Source: Perkinsela sp. CCAP 1560/9
Taxonomy: Eukaryota; Protista; Euglenozoa: Kinetoplastea
Reading direction: 5' to 3'
Assembly (NCBI GenBank): GCA_965644495.1
Contig: CBFFSA010000031.1
Span: 1 to 64,000 of the forward strand
Length of the DNA stretch: 64,000 nucleotides
The notes under the pieces were generated by a model. It saw only the letters and a list, made by a program, of their open reading frames with translations. It was not told where the DNA came from and made no database searches. A program made the translations under genes and the position numbers. Below are positions 21,876 to 31,987 of this stretch, one piece after another (positions within the stretch are counted from its first letter, which is position 1; each line of letters begins with the position of its first letter).

Positions 21876-24193
21876 TATCGTTTTTTTTTTTTTTTTTTTT
21901 TTTTTTGCGTGGTCTCAGCTTTCGGTTTTCAGAAAATATCACTTTTTTTTTCAATCAATCAAAACTTTCAGCTGTGTAGGTCTACGAATTGATAGAACCT
22001 AGCCATGCGGCCTTTGGTAGGCTGTCGCGTAATTGCGTGATATAGTCTCCTAAATTTCCTCTCGTATATTTCTTTATAAGTATACTTATAAAGAAATCAA
22101 CTTAATATGCACTTGCGTACATCCCAGTCTTGCCTTGCGAACTTCCCAGAAACTGGCGTAACTGGGCGTAGACTTCGTTTCCATTTAAGTCTTGGAGTAA
22201 TAACTTGAAGTCCATCTCCACTGTCTTCCTATCCAACATGGCTGCATCCGCAAGTGCATGTATCAGAAATCTTGTGTTCTGGTGGAGAGAACCGCAAGAA
22301 AAGATCGGAAGGCATTGAAACGCGAACTCTGGAATCATACCGGTTGTAACGTAGGTATCTTTCTTCCGTTTAATTACGTCTTGCATTAGTTTCACGCAAG
22401 TTTTAGATTGGTTCGATGGCGCAAGCTCGTGTATTATAGACACGTCGTAGAAGATTTCTCCGGTGCTCCAGAAAATGGCCAGATCCGGCCCCGATCGGTA
22501 TAGCTGTCGACCGGTGCAACATTTTTCATGAGTCATTTTATTCTCGGGTTCGACCTTTCGGCTACACACACCACACCGCCACGTACTGAAGGCTCGCGGC
22601 TCTTTTTCACACGGTATCCCCGCCTTATTGGCTAAGTCGAACAGGTATTTCACCAAGCTATTATGTTTTGTTGTGGCATTAAAACCGTAGCACTGCACGC
22701 ATCCAGGTATGTGGTGTAGAGCAGATTGACTGTTCAGTATTGTTTTGCACCCGGGGCATAACAGCTTCTCAGGTAGACGAGGATGGGCTATTCCTAACCG
22801 CGTCATAATGGCCATCTCGAAGTGTCGCGATGGGACGAATCTAGCGGCAGACGTTAACCAGTCGTAACTTCCCTTGCGAGTAGTGGCGCTCAGTATTTTG
22901 GAAATATTTGGATTCTGTCTCAGTCTCTCCAGTACTTCCTCATGCTCTAAGGCTGCGATCGTTTTGTCATCTGTCGGGGGCTTTCGGTTTTGACCTTCGT
23001 TGGCAAGCGCTATATGATTTTCCACTGATCCACTCTGAGCAGAAAAGGATTTTTGTCGCTCATATGAGGAATACAATGAAGCTTCATACGCTGCTGCGCG
23101 AATTTTACTGCAGGACGTCAAACCTAAACCTCCCTTTTTCGCTGGTAACCGAGCCATCTCGATCTGATTCGCCGTTAGGGATCCAAGCCATGTGCTCAAA
23201 ACGTCTTCAACTTTCTCATCAGAAATCCACGGCGAGGGCATCCGGACATTAACATAATCAAATCACGAATATGATAAAGTAAAGAAGTATCTAATTGAAA
23301 ACATAGCTAATGTTGAACGTCTACTTCTCGTTATGCTATGGTTCCTCTTATGATGCTAGTAGATTTCTCCTATTGCTGAATAACGCGCTGTATAAATATT
23401 CAAAAAGGGGCCCTGGTACCACACAATTAAACTCAGAATGTTGAAGAAAAGGGAATACTTTGTGAAGGGGCTTAGCCCCCCACGCTCCGCAGCCGTGGCT
23501 GGGGGTTGGTGGGTGGGCTTCGAAAACGTGTAAATAAACTTTGAAGAATAGCCTTCACACAACACAAAATCAACAAACAGAACAATATTTCTACCAGAAA
23601 CAATACATACATATTATCAATAATTTCACTTGAAATGTAATCATATAAAAGCTTAAAATACAGCGCGTACAATGCCCGCCGGCCACGTAAGTAAATAGCC
23701 CTCGCCTAAATTTCTTACCGTAAACTTTTAGAAATCCACGGCGAGGGCATCCGGACATTAACATAATCAAATCACGAATATGATAAAGTAAAGAAGTATC
23801 TAATTGAAAACATAGCTAATGTTGAACGTCTACTTCTCGTTATGCTATGGTTCCTCTTATGATGCTAGTAGATTTCTCCTATTGCTGAATAACGCGCTGT
23901 ATAAATATTCAAAAAGGGGCCCTGGTACCACACAATTAAACTCAGAATGTTGAAGAAAAGGGAATACTTTGTGAAGGGGCTTAGCCCCCCACGCTCCGCA
24001 GCCGCCAACCCGCTCACTCGTAATGAATTCCTTGTCACTGGTAACTAAAATCACTACCTGTATGAAGAATGCTCGAAAATTGACCAGACTTTCGTAGCGT
24101 CTCCAAAACCTAAACGAAACTATTTTTTTTTTTTTTTTTTTTTTATTATTATTCTATATAAACTAAATTTCATATAAATACGGTTGAATCGAA

Positions 24194-26866
24194 CTATCGT
24201 GCAAAATTCCTACTGACCGGGTCTGCCGGGTTGTCTTTCGTTGAGACGTAATCGGCCTTGATGCAGACGCCCCGGTCCTTCGCCCATTGCAAAACCTTAC
24301 CGAGTTGGTTTGATATTCCTCCTGATTTTGAAATTTTTCTGTTTAGCGCTGCTTGGCACGAAGTGTTATCTACCCATAATTGCAAGCACGTGCCCCGGGT
24401 GAAATGTCTCTCCAACTTCTGGAGGGAAAGTCTAACGGCTGTCGCTTCTGCCCTATTTACTTCGTATTGCCAAGAGGATTTCCATTGCCCCCCCACGATG
24501 ATCACTTCGCCTGAATCGAGGTAGAGGATGCCTCCCCATCCTTTCGCTGAGGCGTCTGTATACAAATTATGCTCCCGGGGAGCTATTTCAGGATGCGGGA
24601 GAGGTTCAACCGGTATGTTCCTAACAAGTTCATTTCGCCACTGCCGTAGCATATCTCGTATTTTGTTCGGTAGATCCACTACCTCTTCGGCCATCTCCGG
24701 CATGCGGTTTAACAAGTTTATGCGGCGTTGACATATTTTAAGGGCGAAATAGTATTTTGGAATAATAATTCCCACTACTGAGGAGCAGTACAGGAGGCGC
24801 CCCACCGTCGCCTCGAGCTCCAGAAATGTAGTACGTGTAAATTGATCCTTCTCCAATTTTGCGACAACTTTGGGTCCCAGGTTGACCTTGTGTACGCGAT
24901 GGTCGTACCTAACACCGTTAAATACGTACTCCTTCATGGGAAGGAGTCCCGAGTCTTTAAAGCGCGATCCTGTCTCTTGCTCGCGGTCATCAACCCATTT
25001 CTTGTACTGACAGGCCTGCTGATCTGTACCAGCAAACCGTACACCGTCCACGTAGATATCTAATGCGCCTTGTGAAAAGGTTGATTTACAGTATCCCTTC
25101 ATACCGGCGATCGTAGCCGTGACTGTGTGCATCAATTCCGGGGCGCACCGATGCCCCATCGGCAAAACGCGCATTTCATACAACACCCCCGTGTCTGAAT
25201 AAAACCGAAATTTTTGACGACATTCCTGCGGAATCGAGATTTGATAAAAACCACATACTAGGTCCCTCTTCAGACCTGACTGCGCCTTAACTCTATGCAA
25301 ATATTTAGATGGATGTAGTAGGGGTACCTGAGGAACGTATTCACTCAGCCGAGCGTTGTCAGAACGCGTCCAAGAAATAAATCGTCGACGTTGCTTGCCC
25401 TCATCGTCCGTTTCAATTACCGTGAAAGGAACCAGAAATTGCATTGAGGGACGTTTGTTTTCTTCCTTTTCGGATACCGCAGAAATAATACCATGCTTAA
25501 GTAAGAGCTCGTGATCTGTATGGCTCAAACTTCCTTTCATACGAGGAGATGTTTCAGGGCAAGATGGCATGCGTAATAATTCTTTCCAAACCTGTTCGAA
25601 TCTTGAGGCGGTAGCTGTAGACATCCAGCTTCGAATTTTATTCATGTCAATAGTTGGAACTCCCGGCTTGACGTGTAACGGAATATGAAAGTCCTTCGGC
25701 TTTGCTAACTTAGAACTCCGGCGTGCACAAACTAATGTATGTCGTTTTAAGTAAGGGACTTCTTTATAACACTCTTGCATTTCTACTGGAGAAAGGGTCC
25801 GGGCAATCGCGCTGACACTCGGTGCGTACCCAGTGCTCTTGCTGTCGTCAACTGCTGAGCATTGTATCGGAGAAGACTCTCTAAGCTCAGATGCTTTGTG
25901 AGGATTTGCACCTCCGACAAGTTGAGGTGGCCGTTGGCGACTTCCTGAAGTAGATACGTTACAGCCCCCAGTTTTATAGAGTGGGTGCCATACCCGTTTC
26001 CTAGCACCCTTCTTATTTCGTGGTACATCTCTCGAACTGTGGTCCTGCACAGTTTTTGGTTTTTCGGAAGGCGTCTCAAGTAATTCGCTATTTGCTCTGT
26101 CCCCGGTCCTGATATTATGGCGTGCATGTATGGGCGGTATGGATTGAGACGTGTTGTCTTTGTGCTTCTTCCCCAATAAATCACGATTTCCTGCTCGGCA
26201 ATGCTCAGAAATTGGTCGGCCTGTAGCTCGGCGACTTCCGTCCAGCGCGCTGCAGCCTTCCAGCAAATCAAGATTGCGATGGCCTGTGATGGCGTGACGC
26301 TTTTGTAAAGTTTCGTTAGCAGATACTGTGTTAGAGGTTGCATCTGTCGATGAGGTTCGAGAGCTCCCTGCGCTTGCAGCGCCTTTGAGTATAATTTCAG
26401 AGGAATTGTGTTTTCGTTCATTAGAGTGTACATCGTATGCAACCCGCGGGCGTACGCTAATCTTGTCGACATTGCCAATTTTTGTGCATCGAGGAATAAA
26501 ACGGCGTTGAGAGCGGAAGGCTGTATCATTTTTACTCGACAAAAGTCCTCCATTCGACTCCATATTGCCTCTCTCGACCTCCACGTAGTGTGAGCCCACA
26601 TGGGACGAATTGCGTCTCGTAACACCGGAGCGTTCGCGTCCTCGGTCTGGATCCCTAACATTTTGTTTGTCAACATAACGCGTCTCACTCTTGCTGTCAT
26701 CGGCAACTCGGCGCGGTTCGAACTTCTCTTCACACATATATGATCCGTCAAGCTTGCGTTTTGACTTGTCTGTGTCACGAGTAACGGCCTCCTGGCCCTC
26801 TTCTGATTTCCGTCGGTGCTCACATATCGAGCACCGTTCCATACAAACTTTATGCGCGAAGCGCAC
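24194..26866 (-). CDS. RT-RNase H of YR element 2
   Basis: KRDLVCGFYQI, LPMGHRCAP, YVDG, LYTDASAKGWG, NPADPVSR. Confidence 0.9.
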   Translation of the reverse strand: MRFAHKVCMERCSICEHRRKSEEGQEAVTRDTDKSKRKLDGSYMCEEKFEPRRVADDSKSETRYVDKQNVRDPDRGRERSGVTRRNSSHVGSHYVEVERGNMESNGGLLSSKNDTAFRSQRRFIPRCTKIGNVDKISVRPRVAYDVHSNERKHNSSEIILKGAASAGSSRTSSTDATSNTVSANETLQKRHAITGHRNLDLLEGCSALDGSRRATGRPISEHCRAGNRDLLGKKHKDNTSQSIPPIHARHNIRTGDRANSELLETPSEKPKTVQDHSSRDVPRNKKGARKRVWHPLYKTGGCNVSTSGSRQRPPQLVGGANPHKASELRESSPIQCSAVDDSKSTGYAPSVSAIARTLSPVEMQECYKEVPYLKRHTLVCARRSSKLAKPKDFHIPLHVKPGVPTIDMNKIRSWMSTATASRFEQVWKELLRMPSCPETSPRMKGSLSHTDHELLLKHGIISAVSEKEENKRPSMQFLVPFTVIETDDEGKQRRRFISWTRSDNARLSEYVPQVPLLHPSKYLHRVKAQSGLKRDLVCGFYQISIPQECRQKFRFYSDTGVLYEMRVLPMGHRCAPELMHTVTATIAGMKGYCKSTFSQGALDIYVDGVRFAGTDQQACQYKKWVDDREQETGSRFKDSGLLPMKEYVFNGVRYDHRVHKVNLGPKVVAKLEKDQFTRTTFLELEATVGRLLYCSSVVGIIIPKYYFALKICQRRINLLNRMPEMAEEVVDLPNKIRDMLRQWRNELVRNIPVEPLPHPEIAPREHNLYTDASAKGWGGILYLDSGEVIIVGGQWKSSWQYEVNRAEATAVRLSLQKLERHFTRGTCLQLWVDNTSCQAALNRKISKSGGISNQLGKVLQWAKDRGVCIKADYVSTKDNPADPVSRNFAR

Positions 26867-26940
26867 AAGTATCCTGGCAATTTCGCTCGCTGCCTCTTCA
26901 AGGCTCGAGCACGAGTAGGAATTTTTGGGGTGGGGGACAA
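25783..26940 (-). CDS. Tyrosine recombinase of YR element 2 (HxxR arginine replaced: HSIKLG)
   Basis: AARWTE, HSIKLG, TKH, LLRY; homologous to 3769-4890. Confidence 0.85.
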   Translation of the reverse strand: MSPTPKIPTRARALKRQRAKLPGYLCASRIKFVWNGARYVSTDGNQKRARRPLLVTQTSQNASLTDHICVKRSSNRAELPMTARVRRVMLTNKMLGIQTEDANAPVLRDAIRPMWAHTTWRSREAIWSRMEDFCRVKMIQPSALNAVLFLDAQKLAMSTRLAYARGLHTMYTLMNENTIPLKLYSKALQAQGALEPHRQMQPLTQYLLTKLYKSVTPSQAIAILICWKAAARWTEVAELQADQFLSIAEQEIVIYWGRSTKTTRLNPYRPYMHAIISGPGTEQIANYLRRLPKNQKLCRTTVREMYHEIRRVLGNGYGTHSIKLGAVTYLLQEVANGHLNLSEVQILTKHLSLESLLRYNAQQLTTARALGTHRVSARLPGPFLQ

Positions 26941-26943
26941 TCC

Positions 26944-27987
26944 CTATTGGATCGTCCGTCTTTCGCCGCGACGGAACGTTGTCTGCGTCTGTGCAGCGCC
27001 ACTCGCCACCCCCCGGGAGAAAACCGGTTGACGTAGCTGGGGACAGTTCGCCCGTATATGCCCAGGAGCACGACAGTTATAGCACAGTTGCTGCTGCCCT
27101 TGGCGACGATTTATACGTGTTTGCTTCAATTGCTCTTCGAGCATCGTTTTACCATAAACGTCTTCGGGGGTAGAGACCTGGTGGAGTCTTTGCTGTACGC
27201 GCTCTACCGGCGCACCCGCAGCAGCCCAGTAATGATTACGGAGTTCTTCAATCAAGCCAGTTGCAATTTCATAAAAATATCCTGTTGACCAGTCTTGCAG
27301 CTGACGAGCTGCGTAGATCCACTTTGTCAGAAGTTGGAACAGTCGTTCTCGCGCAGGCGGGGGATTAAAACGAACTCCTAACTCCGGGGTGTCCCGTAAC
27401 TCGCGGATCAACTCACGCGGTTTAAACTCATCTTCTGACTCCACCCAAGGGCCCCACGTCTTCGGAATCACCGGGGAAAAATCCTTGGGGCCCGACACCG
27501 GTACGCGCGCGATGGAAGTTACAGGGTTTTCCACATGCTCCCCCCCGGGCATCCTGGCCTGGACCTTCGCAAGTTCGATGGAGAAATAGTGTATGTCAGG
27601 AAACGGAAACCCGTACTCAACATCAGGCTCGTCGTCCCACCGGGCCTTCAACTCACTCCCCACCGGGTCTTCGGGATTGAGAAAATAAACTCGTCCCGTG
27701 ACAGTGTGGCGCGCGTTGTCGTCCTTGTGTCCCCAAATAGCGCGAATCCATACGCGGTGGACCCGGGTAAGTAAAAAACGGACTTTTTGCGAAAAATCGG
27801 ACTTTGCGGAATCACTAAGCGGGGTCGCTATATCCTCTCCTTGCAATATACCCTCAACCTGGTCAGGGTTGAGAGTATGACGGGTCGCCCGAGGAGAACT
27901 GCGAGGAGACTCAGGAGGTACCGGATCAGGGCTGCGTGCACGTCCGAGTGATATCGCTCTAGAAACCGCGCTCACAATGCGTGACAT
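26944..27987 (-). CDS. gag-like ORF1 of YR element 2
   Basis: ATG immediately after repeat A1; zinc knuckle CYNCRAPGHIRANC. Confidence 0.8.
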   Translation of the reverse strand: MSRIVSAVSRAISLGRARSPDPVPPESPRSSPRATRHTLNPDQVEGILQGEDIATPLSDSAKSDFSQKVRFLLTRVHRVWIRAIWGHKDDNARHTVTGRVYFLNPEDPVGSELKARWDDEPDVEYGFPFPDIHYFSIELAKVQARMPGGEHVENPVTSIARVPVSGPKDFSPVIPKTWGPWVESEDEFKPRELIRELRDTPELGVRFNPPPARERLFQLLTKWIYAARQLQDWSTGYFYEIATGLIEELRNHYWAAAGAPVERVQQRLHQVSTPEDVYGKTMLEEQLKQTRINRRQGQQQLCYNCRAPGHIRANCPQLRQPVFSRGVASGAAQTQTTFRRGERRTIQ

Positions 27988-30900
27988 TCTTCGAAAACGT
28001 GTAAATAAACTTTGAAGAATAGCCTTCACACAACACAAAATCAACAAACAGAACAATATTTCTACCAGAAACAATACATACATATTATCAATAATTTCAC
28101 TTGAAATGTAATCATATTTCTTACCGTAAACTTTTAAAACAGTCAGCGATCTGCTCAGTGATGTCAGGCGGATGTACACGCACTGCGTACTGCATCTTCA
28201 CGTTTATGCTGTGGGATAATAAACTGAGCGACACATTGTTAAGCCCCATGATCTTCAGCCGACTGAAAGCTAAGTTATGTTGTTCAAGTTGGCCCGTCAG
28301 CCTCTCCGCCACCGTTGTATTCTTGCCAATGAATGCTCCCAACACCTTTGTGGCTTCATTTTCGTTGATGACTCCCGCATTCTCGAGACATGGCGGAATC
28401 GCAATTTGGTTCCACCCGCCGAACCATACACATTTCTTGGCAGCAAGCTCTATAGATTGTTCCCTGACGATTTCTTGGAGTCTGCCGAATGCTTTTTCGA
28501 TGTCGGAGGCATTCAGAGATGATATTGTGACGTCATCGATGTATGCGTGTAATTCCACGTTCGGAAATTCCTGGGCCAGCGTCTCTAAAATGGGTTGCAT
28601 ATAGATACAAAAATAAAGAGAAGCTAACGGCGATCCCTGCCTGAGTCCCGACGAACTTGGCACGACTCCAAACAATTTGTTTTCCGATCCGTAGAATAGA
28701 AGTTCAGAGGTGCCAGAGTATTCGACCTGGAAGAATCTTTGAAATGGTCGCAACGCGCTAAAGGCGAAAACGTGCTTTGCTATTTCTTTCCTGCATGGAG
28801 AATTAAACGCATTTTTAAAATCAATTGCGAGCATCGAATGACCTTTATTGTAACGCTCACGAAGTTTGTGGACTATTCGTTCGCATCCAGCCCAAGCAAA
28901 TACTCCCTGTTGCATTGGAGTGAAGAGTGGTGCCAGAGTGTGTTCATACCGTTGCATGAGTACTATTCCAGCCAGTTTGTTGAGAACCTCGCCCATTGCT
29001 ACGGGACGCACTCCTCTGCCCCCCTTCGGTATGGCGACCAGCCGAGCCCGGTTTAGACGCTGAGTTACATCCTTCGAGAGAAAGCCGTTTAGAAGATCGC
29101 ATATCATGTGACACAAGCTTCCGCAGGACACCTCGTCATCGGTCATGAGGCGCACAATACCGTCGGTCATTCCCGTAGGCCCGGGGCTGACTCCTTTCGC
29201 CAGCCTTTTGGCAGCGCTACGTAGCTCTTCAGGTGTGACCCCAGCCAAGGTGGGCGCGTCTTCGGGTGCCTCAAAGTCACATGGTTTTTGAGGATGCAAC
29301 TCTGTTAACTTGTCCAAAACCTCCTCGTCGGACAAATTGATTGATTTAAACTTTTGACTCAATGTTTTTGCCGCTTTAGACGCGCACCCTTCCAAAACTA
29401 GTCTCTTTGCTTTGTTAATGGCACGTAAATCCTGGGCAGCATCGCTGTCAACCGTCGCCTTCGGAGTGAAAGGTTTACGTCTTTTGCTGCGTTTATCCAC
29501 ATCTCGTATTGTCGCCAATGATAGTTTCATCGCTGACAATAGCCGATGCCAAATCTGGTTTCGTTGCGCAAAATCGACATTTGCGTAGTTCCGTATAATA
29601 TCCCGCAGTGTGGCGACGACGCACGGAATAAATTCTGGACTCACCGTTCGCATGGTTGGGATCGGGAGATGATCAATTCCCTCGTTTCCGCAAGTCAAAT
29701 GCTCCGCTAGTTGATGATTTTCCATGAAAGAGTCTCGCCGTACGGTCTCGTCTATCGAGGGAGGGGCCTGGTGCCATAATATACGATAAACTCTTACGGC
29801 TTCTTGTGGCGGAAGCGTTCCTTTGAATTCGTCGCCGACGCTGTACCCACGAACTCCTTGATACAACATAGATAATTTCCCCAGACCTCCACGTTTGCTG
29901 TGTGTCCGTGTGACTTTCCCGATCGATACGTTGATCTCGTCGTTGCGATCGAATGTCCACACAATGGTGCATTTTGTTCCCGCTTTGATCTGTTTAGATT
30001 GCTTCCATATCTCGTCCCCTGGTATCGGAAATTGGGTTTTAATATTGGTGGTTCCTTCCAAGCTCTCTGCCCATGCTTCGTCTATATGCCTCATATCTTC
30101 CTCCGCTCCATTTTCTCCGATAAATCGAATTCGCTGCTGCGGAACACTCTTCTCGGCATTTGCTGGCTCACCGTGTACTATGTTGCTGATCCTTGCCAGC
30201 TCGGTCAAACGTATTCCGTCTCCCGTGTTGTCGTCAATCAAGTTTGTTGGAGTTGTCAGTCTGGCATTTTCAATATTTCCTTGCACGTGATTAGTGGTTT
30301 CGTTCCCTATCTGCCTCACGTCGATCTGCTTAAGCAGGTCTTGTGGAGATTCGCAGTCGTGGTAGACAATGTCCTCTCGCGATGTGATTTCGTCATCCCC
30401 CGAGGTTGTACCGCTGATCTTGGTGGGAGTAATCTCGCTAATTTTCTGCGGCGTTGCTCCCTTAGTTAGTCGCGTCACGTGGTCGTCCTTTCTTGCGTTG
30501 ATATCACTTTTCCGGATGTTCTTGGGAGATTCCTCGTTCTTCTGATGTGTTGTGTGTGCCTCTGTATTCCTTCCGATTCTTGCCAAAATCTCCTCATTAA
30601 CTAAGTTGAGCTTCGGTCTGCGCTTCGGACGGTTCAGAAACTTTGGCTTTCGTGGGGCAGTATTGATCTCCCCTTCTATGTCTCTTACTCGGTTTTCTTC
30701 TGCTCGACTGTCTGGGGTCCGATTATTGCAGTTTTTGTTACTTCCTGGCGTTGTTGCTCCTGGCCTTGTTCCGCACATCTTTCCTTCCTCGTCCCTCTCT
30801 CGGTCCTTTCTCGATCCCACGTCGTCCGCAGTCGTCGCATTTCGTGTGGCCCGATTTCGGCTGAAGTTGATCAATTCGCGCGTAGATGATACGATTTTAA

Positions 30901-31437
30901 TTTTTCTGGGTACTGGCAATGGCAGTGGCAACTGGTTATCCACTTTGGACTTTGAGTTTTCTTCCGTGGAAAGCGTCGCAAGCGGATGGCGACTCGGTGA
31001 TTGTGACAAAGGCAGCGCGGCTGGAGGGGGAGAAGGCGCGGCGGGAGGAGAAGGCGGCGCTAAGGGGGGAGTAGAAGGTGGCGCGGCGGGAGGAGGGGAA
31101 GTCGATCGCGTCGTAGGGAACGACAGCGCGCGCGGCAGAGGAGGAGGCGACATTGGGAGCGGCAGCGCTGGAGGTGGTGATGGCGCACGCAGCGGAGTAG
31201 GAGGAGGTGACGGTAGAGGAATTGACGGCTCGCGCGGCGGCGGTGGAGGCGACGTCGGTGGAGGAGAAGCGTCCGACGATGGCGCCAGCCCTAAAGGGTA
31301 TTTTTTCTTCCGGCGGGTCGGCGGCAGCGGCTGGACAACGGGGGCTACTCCCGTCTCCTTCGCGCGGCTCCGGGTGAACATGCCCATGAAGGGTGAGAGA
31401 ATAAGAAAAGGAAAATTTTTTTTTTTTTGTGTTAAGA

Positions 31438-31453
31438 TTTCTGTACCTTGTTG
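31438..31453 (+). other. SL exon 3' remnant, plus orientation
   Basis: TTTCTGTACCTTGTTG, identical to the 3' 16 nt of the 21840-21875 sequence. Confidence 0.65.
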
Positions 31454-31987
31454 AATTTTTCTACTTGGTCTTACAGAAAACGATGGTCTTTTTTATGGAT
31501 GTCTAAGGAGACACGTGAGAGATTCACCGGAATTTGGGATCTATTAATATTAAAATTCTTTTCGTAAACTCTTATAATATACTCGTCTAAATTTCATCAC
31601 GTAAACTAATAATAATTATAATTAAACCTCCATGTACTTCTGTGCTCGAGACTAAGCTCTTGCTCAACATGAATCGGACAATATTGATATTTCCTCTTAG
31701 GAATACCCCATCTTCAATCTTCGAAAGAGACACTTGTGATTGTATTTCAAGAAGGCATTAGTAAGTAAACTTATAATCATTGCACGTTTCGGACCGGGTC
31801 TTTCGAGAAAAAAAAACCTGATCCTACCTACCTCACGTTGGGGAACCTCACTCGAAAGAGCAAGGCGTGAGAGTAAGCACTGTCGGCACGATCAACTCCC
31901 GTAACGACCACATTTCGGAGGCACAGGTCGTAAAGTAAAAGGCATAAGATGGGAGTGCTGTCGGAGAGTCGAGAAAACCGACTACAT

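Larger units (their letters stand above)
23222..28136 (-). mobile_element. Complete TATE/Ngaro-like YR retrotransposon 2 with split direct repeats A1-ORFs-B1-A2-B2
   Basis: A1 27989-28136, B1 23731-24004, A2 23518-23730, B2 23222-23495. No target duplication. Confidence 0.9.
21951..31415 (-). mobile_element. Full-length CRE-B element interrupted by YR element 2
   Basis: ORF from 31387 (MGMFTRSRAK) to IADCF, resuming as DEKVEDV at 23220 and ending at 22102. An uninterrupted twin lies at 46730-51315. Confidence 0.9.

Noticed and set aside
27988-28179. Hydrophobic N-terminal extension of the 411-aa gag ORF
   Set aside because: It is read-through of terminal repeat A1 from the host CRE sequence. 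The likely start is the ATG at 27987.
30552-31454. Gly-rich plus-strand ORFs (also 50452-51381, 62263-62728, 9033-9710)
   Set aside because: These are antisense shadows of Pro-rich retroelement coding sequence.
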